64,000 nucleotides of DNA from positions 1-64,000 of the forward strand of contig CAVUUR010000009.1 in NCBI GenBank assembly GCA_963744715.1. Direction: 5' to 3'. Source of the DNA: an uncultured bacterium. GTDB lineage: Bacteria > Babelota > Babeliae > Babelales > JACPOV01. Each line of letters starts with the position of its first letter. The first letter of the stretch is position 1. Made by a program: the position numbers and the translations under genes. The notes below the pieces were generated by a model that was not told the origin of the DNA, made no database searches, and saw only the letters and a list, made by a program, of their open reading frames with translations. Below, piece by piece: positions 60,072 through 64,000 of the stretch.

Positions 60072-61085
60072 ATGTCTTTCAAGAAGGATACCGTAATTTT
60101 GACCGGAGATCGCCCGACCGGGCCTTTGCACCTTGGTCATTATGTCGGTTCATTAGCAAATCGCGTATTATTACAAGAATCATGCAAGCAATATGTAATG
60201 ATTGCAGATATTCAAGCATTGACGGATAATTATGAGCATCCTCAAAAAGTTCATGATAATGTTATTGAAGTTGCGCTTGATTACTTAGCGGTCGGTATTG
60301 ATCCGCAAAAAACAACTATTTTTATTCAATCAATGATTCCTGAAATTCATGAATTAACTATGTATTACCTTAATCTCGTAACGGTTAGCCGATTGAAGCG
60401 TAATCCAACCGTCAAAGAAGAAATTACACAAAAGGGTTATGGAGACACGGTCACCGCTGGATTTTTAATGTATCCGGTTAATCAAGCGGCTGATATTACG
60501 GTGGTAAAAGCTACGCTGGTGCCCGTAGGAGAAGACCAATTACCGATGATTGAGCAAATGAATGAAATTGTTCGCTCATTTAACCGTATTTATAAAACTA
60601 CTATTTTAGTGGAAGCGCAACCTTTAGTTGCAACCATTGCTCGCTTGCCGGGTATTGATGGAAAAGCAAAAATGGGTAAGTCATTGGGCAATGCAATTTT
60701 TCTTTCAGATACGGCCGATGTTCTTGCCAAAAAAGTGATGAGTATGTATACCGATCCCGATCATCTGCACATTAATGATCCAGGAAAAATAGAAGGCAAT
60801 CCGGTTTTTATGTATCTTGATGCATTCGATGCCGATAAAAAAGCAGTGCAAGAAATGAAAGAACATTATCAACGCGGTGGATTAGGGGATGTAGTAGTTA
60901 AAAAACGATTATTGCAAGTATTAGAATCTTTTCTTGCTCCTATTAGGGAACGGCGCATGCAATTGGCCAAGAATAAGGATGAAATAATGAAAATTCTTCT
61001 TAATGGTGTTTCAGTAACACGAAATGTTGCCACTAATACCATTAAAGAAGTGCGTAATGCAATGCATTTGAATTATGATCTTTAA
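60072..61085 (+). CDS. trpS: tryptophan--tRNA ligase
   Basis: [33 protein letters not shown]. Confidence 0.97.
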   Translation: MSFKKDTVILTGDRPTGPLHLGHYVGSLANRVLLQESCKQYVMIADIQALTDNYEHPQKVHDNVIEVALDYLAVGIDPQKTTIFIQSMIPEIHELTMYYLNLVTVSRLKRNPTVKEEITQKGYGDTVTAGFLMYPVNQAADITVVKATLVPVGEDQLPMIEQMNEIVRSFNRIYKTTILVEAQPLVATIARLPGIDGKAKMGKSLGNAIFLSDTADVLAKKVMSMYTDPDHLHINDPGKIEGNPVFMYLDAFDADKKAVQEMKEHYQRGGLGDVVVKKRLLQVLESFLAPIRERRMQLAKNKDEIMKILLNGVSVTRNVATNTIKEVRNAMHLNYDL

Positions 61086-61154
61086 ATAACTCTTCTGAAA
61101 ATACCTATTGATATGCTATGGTAAAATAAGCAGTATTAAAAGAGGAGAGAGACT

Positions 61155-61751
61155 ATGAAGCGATTAATGCATCTCATGAAAATAGGTGATCAAAAAAATT
61201 ATTATATTATTCCATTAATTGCAGCATTATTATTACTGGCTCTTGCCTGCATAGGGGTGGTATCATTATGGTACCAAGCCAAAAGAGGCATCAATGTACT
61301 TATTACGCAAGAAATACAAAATTTATCGGAGATTTTTAAAAAAATTGATCAACAATGCGGTATTATTGGTTTCGATCATCAACATACGTATATTGATTTT
61401 TTAAATGTTAATTCATTTGAAGGATCAGAAGTAGGCGCTACGGATTTAGCATATCCAGAAAAATGGAAAGGCGCTTATCTGCGAGATAATCCTACCATTC
61501 AAGGCAAAGTATATGAAATTGTGAGAACAAAAAAAGGATATTTTATTGTTCCTGGTACTGGCGTTATGCTCAATGATGGCAGAGTAATAGGTAAAGATAT
61601 TATCTTTGATCGCAATGCTGATATTGCAAAAATGACCGAAGAACGTGGCGTACTTAATTTTAACGGCAAACCACTGGCAGCACGATTGGAAATCACCTAC
61701 AAAAAATCGGTATTATCAGCTGAAGAAACGCCGATTGATGTCGATGAATAA
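61155..61751 (+). CDS. membrane-anchored protein, weak pseudopilin GspG-like similarity
   Basis: N-terminal TM, amphipathic helix, WKGAYL resembling GspG W.GPYL. Confidence 0.45.
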   Translation: MKRLMHLMKIGDQKNYYIIPLIAALLLLALACIGVVSLWYQAKRGINVLITQEIQNLSEIFKKIDQQCGIIGFDHQHTYIDFLNVNSFEGSEVGATDLAYPEKWKGAYLRDNPTIQGKVYEIVRTKKGYFIVPGTGVMLNDGRVIGKDIIFDRNADIAKMTEERGVLNFNGKPLAARLEITYKKSVLSAEETPIDVDE

Positions 61752-61787
61752 TAGAACACTTATTAAGATAATAATAATACTGAGCCA

Positions 61788-63207
61788 TTAAAAATTAATT
61801 TTGTCGTTTTGTATTAAATTTTTCTTGATGGGTTTAGGCAATGCATTAAATGTATTAAATGCATCTGTCCCCAAATTAATTTTTTCAGAATTATCGCTAT
61901 AGAGTTTAGAGAGCAATAATGCCGAATCAAGAGTGAGATCAGAAAATTTCTCACTAAATAGTGGAATATCAAACGTATGAATCATTTTTTGCTCATCCGT
62001 TACTACTAACGCATTGTTATCATAATACATATATTCACAACCGGGAAGAGCTGATTCCATAGTAAGGTTTCGAAGCGTCACTACTATTTACGATATAGAG
62101 ATCATTATCTCTACCTATTGCTAACGATGTGCCATCAGAGTTAAGCGCTAAACAATTAATTCGGCCTGGATCAAAGATTTCCAAAGTCTGTTTATTTGTT
62201 TGTGTGTTCCAAATTTTAATAATATCAAAAGCAGTTGACTCTTCAGCTATTGCTAAGTACTTGTCATCTTGAGTACTGGCTACGCAGGTAATTTTATTGC
62301 TACTATTAGTAAATCCAATAATATCACGGTTATGTGCAATATCCCAAATTTTGATAGTGTGATCGTTATGTTCAGTTGCTAAAAGTTTTCCATCAAGACT
62401 CAGTACTACACTAAGGATTAAGGACTGATCTTTATATTGATCAGTATCCAAAATAGTTACCGTTTTATGAGTAATATTTTTAATTTGCGTTTTGTTATTA
62501 GGTAAAACACCTGCAGACCACTGATTATTAGCGCTCTTAGTGTGAGATGTATAGTTTTCATTATGTGCGCTTTCTAGTAGATAGTCTATGTTATTAAATA
62601 TTGCCGTTAACCCATCTTTTAAGGGTGGGTTACTTTTTTTACAGGTAATATAGGGTGCCATAATCTTTTGTACCTCAAAAATATTATCAATAGATTTGAG
62701 AGCTACTTGTTTTTGAATTTCTAGAGGCAACGAAGAAAAACATGCAGAATGGGTGCCGTCTTGCTTAAAATCATTAACAGAGCAAAATAATGTTCTTATT
62801 TTGCTAACGAATGCAGTAATTGAGTGTTTAAGTAACGTTGAATTATCAAGGTAATTAACATTATTGATAAGTTTGGTGATTGTTTGCGCATTATAGGTAA
62901 TAAGTTCTTGTTGTAACAGCTCGGGTTTTATTCCATTGTGTACTTTTTTTAATAACGGTAATACGCTTGAAAAATCATTGTGCGAAATAGGCGGCAGTGT
63001 GATTACTCGTTCTTGGTTGCCAAGATCTTTAAACATATTTTTTACGGTCTCGCTTTGCTCTTTGAGCACCATAAAATCATCACGAGATATGGTAGTTGAT
63101 TGCTCTTGTCCGTTGGCATACGTAACAATGCTATAATCTTCCATTGCATTACATGAAGGGAAGAACAATCCCAGTACTATTATTCCCACAAATGCAGAAA
63201 AGCGCAT
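61788..63207 (-). CDS. secreted Skp1/BTB-like plus WD40-repeat protein (frameshift near 62060-62080)
   Basis: SETVKNMFKD...ITLP...LINNVNYLD; WD40 units LSLDGKLLAT...TIKIWD and IIKIWN, LNSDGTSLAIG. Confidence 0.75.
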
Positions 63208-63219
63208 AGTAATTCCTTT

Positions 63220-64000
63220 CTAACGATATTGAGCCCTTTTTTTCGCTACTTTTTGGATTGAATTTTCATTTCCACCAAATAATTTCCTACGATATTCTGG
63301 AGTTACAGTAACGTAATTATTTTCGACGAATTCACGTTGCAAATCCTGAGGCAAGTATTCAAATGCTGTTTGCAGGGACTGATAACTCCTATCGCTAAAT
63401 CTGATCGGGTTCCCTGTCGTCAGTCTTGTACGAGTTGCTGCCCCCCTATCTCCTATTTGAAAGAGTAGTGGTGGCAAAGTATACTGCAGTTGTTTTGGTA
63501 ATTTCATTATAGTAATGCAATCGGGAAGATGCAGTGCCAACATAGGATTATCTGATAATGTTTGTTCCAGATCGGAGCTCGACCCAGGGTCCCGTTGAAG
63601 TAAATTGTTTAATAATCCCTCTAAAAAAGGATATTTCTCGAATATTGCGTTTAAAGTAAGTTTTTTACCATAAAATTCGTTACGAGCAGCCTCAACGTAG
63701 AACCGGGATTGAATGCCAGTTGGAATTTCCCCCTGCAGTTCTTTATTCGGTACTTCTCTCATACCTCCCTCTTGCTGAAAAGAATAGGGCAGATTGCCTG
63801 GTAGCCATAATGCCTTTTTTTGTAATGGTTGAATATCGGTATTTCCTGTAACTTTATTGTTTTTTATTAAATTCTGTTTTAGGGGGTCGGGTAACGCATT
63901 AAACAATTGGTTATAAGCTGGATGTTTTTCTAAAGCGAGTGTTGTTTGCTTGTTATCGTATAATCCTTTACATATTACTGCCATGGTAACGGGAATAGTT
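63220..64000 (-). CDS. hypothetical protein, probably 5'-truncated by the window edge; shares a motif with the downstream WD40 protein
   Basis: Frame open to the edge; FNALPDPLKQNLIKNNKV motif. Confidence 0.7.
   Translation of the reverse strand, partial: TIPVTMAVICKGLYDNKQTTLALEKHPAYNQLFNALPDPLKQNLIKNNKVTGNTDIQPLQKKALWLPGNLPYSFQQEGGMREVPNKELQGEIPTGIQSRFYVEAARNEFYGKKLTLNAIFEKYPFLEGLLNNLLQRDPGSSSDLEQTLSDNPMLALHLPDCITIMKLPKQLQYTLPPLLFQIGDRGAATRTRLTTGNPIRFSDRSYQSLQTAFEYLPQDLQREFVENNYVTVTPEYRRKLFGGNENSIQKVAKKRAQYR

Overview
AT-rich bacterial chromosome segment. Gene content points to a protist-associated intracellular bacterium, most likely Candidatus Dependentiae (TM6/Babelota); this is inference from the many signal-peptide ankyrin, WD40 and J-domain proteins, an orphan atpG and a Cys-rich RpoB insert. 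Core genes: lon, lolD-like ABC ATPase, murJ, gpsA, uppS, mnmG, radA, tdk, murA, atpG, tsaE, a tRNA cluster followed by rpmG-trnW-secE-nusG-rplKAJL-rpoBC-trnV-rpsO-pnp-rph, glmM and trpS. Several essential genes (lon, rpoB, rpoC, pnp, murA, radA) are broken by indels, most plausibly long-read assembly errors. Most notable accessory elements: (1) a polymorphic toxin locus (signal peptide, Hint domain lacking Cys1, TM segment, colicin E3-like RNase) followed by alternating toxin-tip remnants and two copies of a CxxC...HxxC putative immunity gene; (2) a beta-helix surface protein paired with a putative outer-membrane beta-barrel; (3) a recurring Met immediately after the predicted signal peptide in many unrelated secreted proteins; (4) a Skp1-like/F-box-like/WD40 secreted protein; (5) a catalytically degenerate CdaA in a cdaA-cdaR-glmM operon; (6) tandem families of unknown secreted proteins. 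All calls are by eye, with no database searches.
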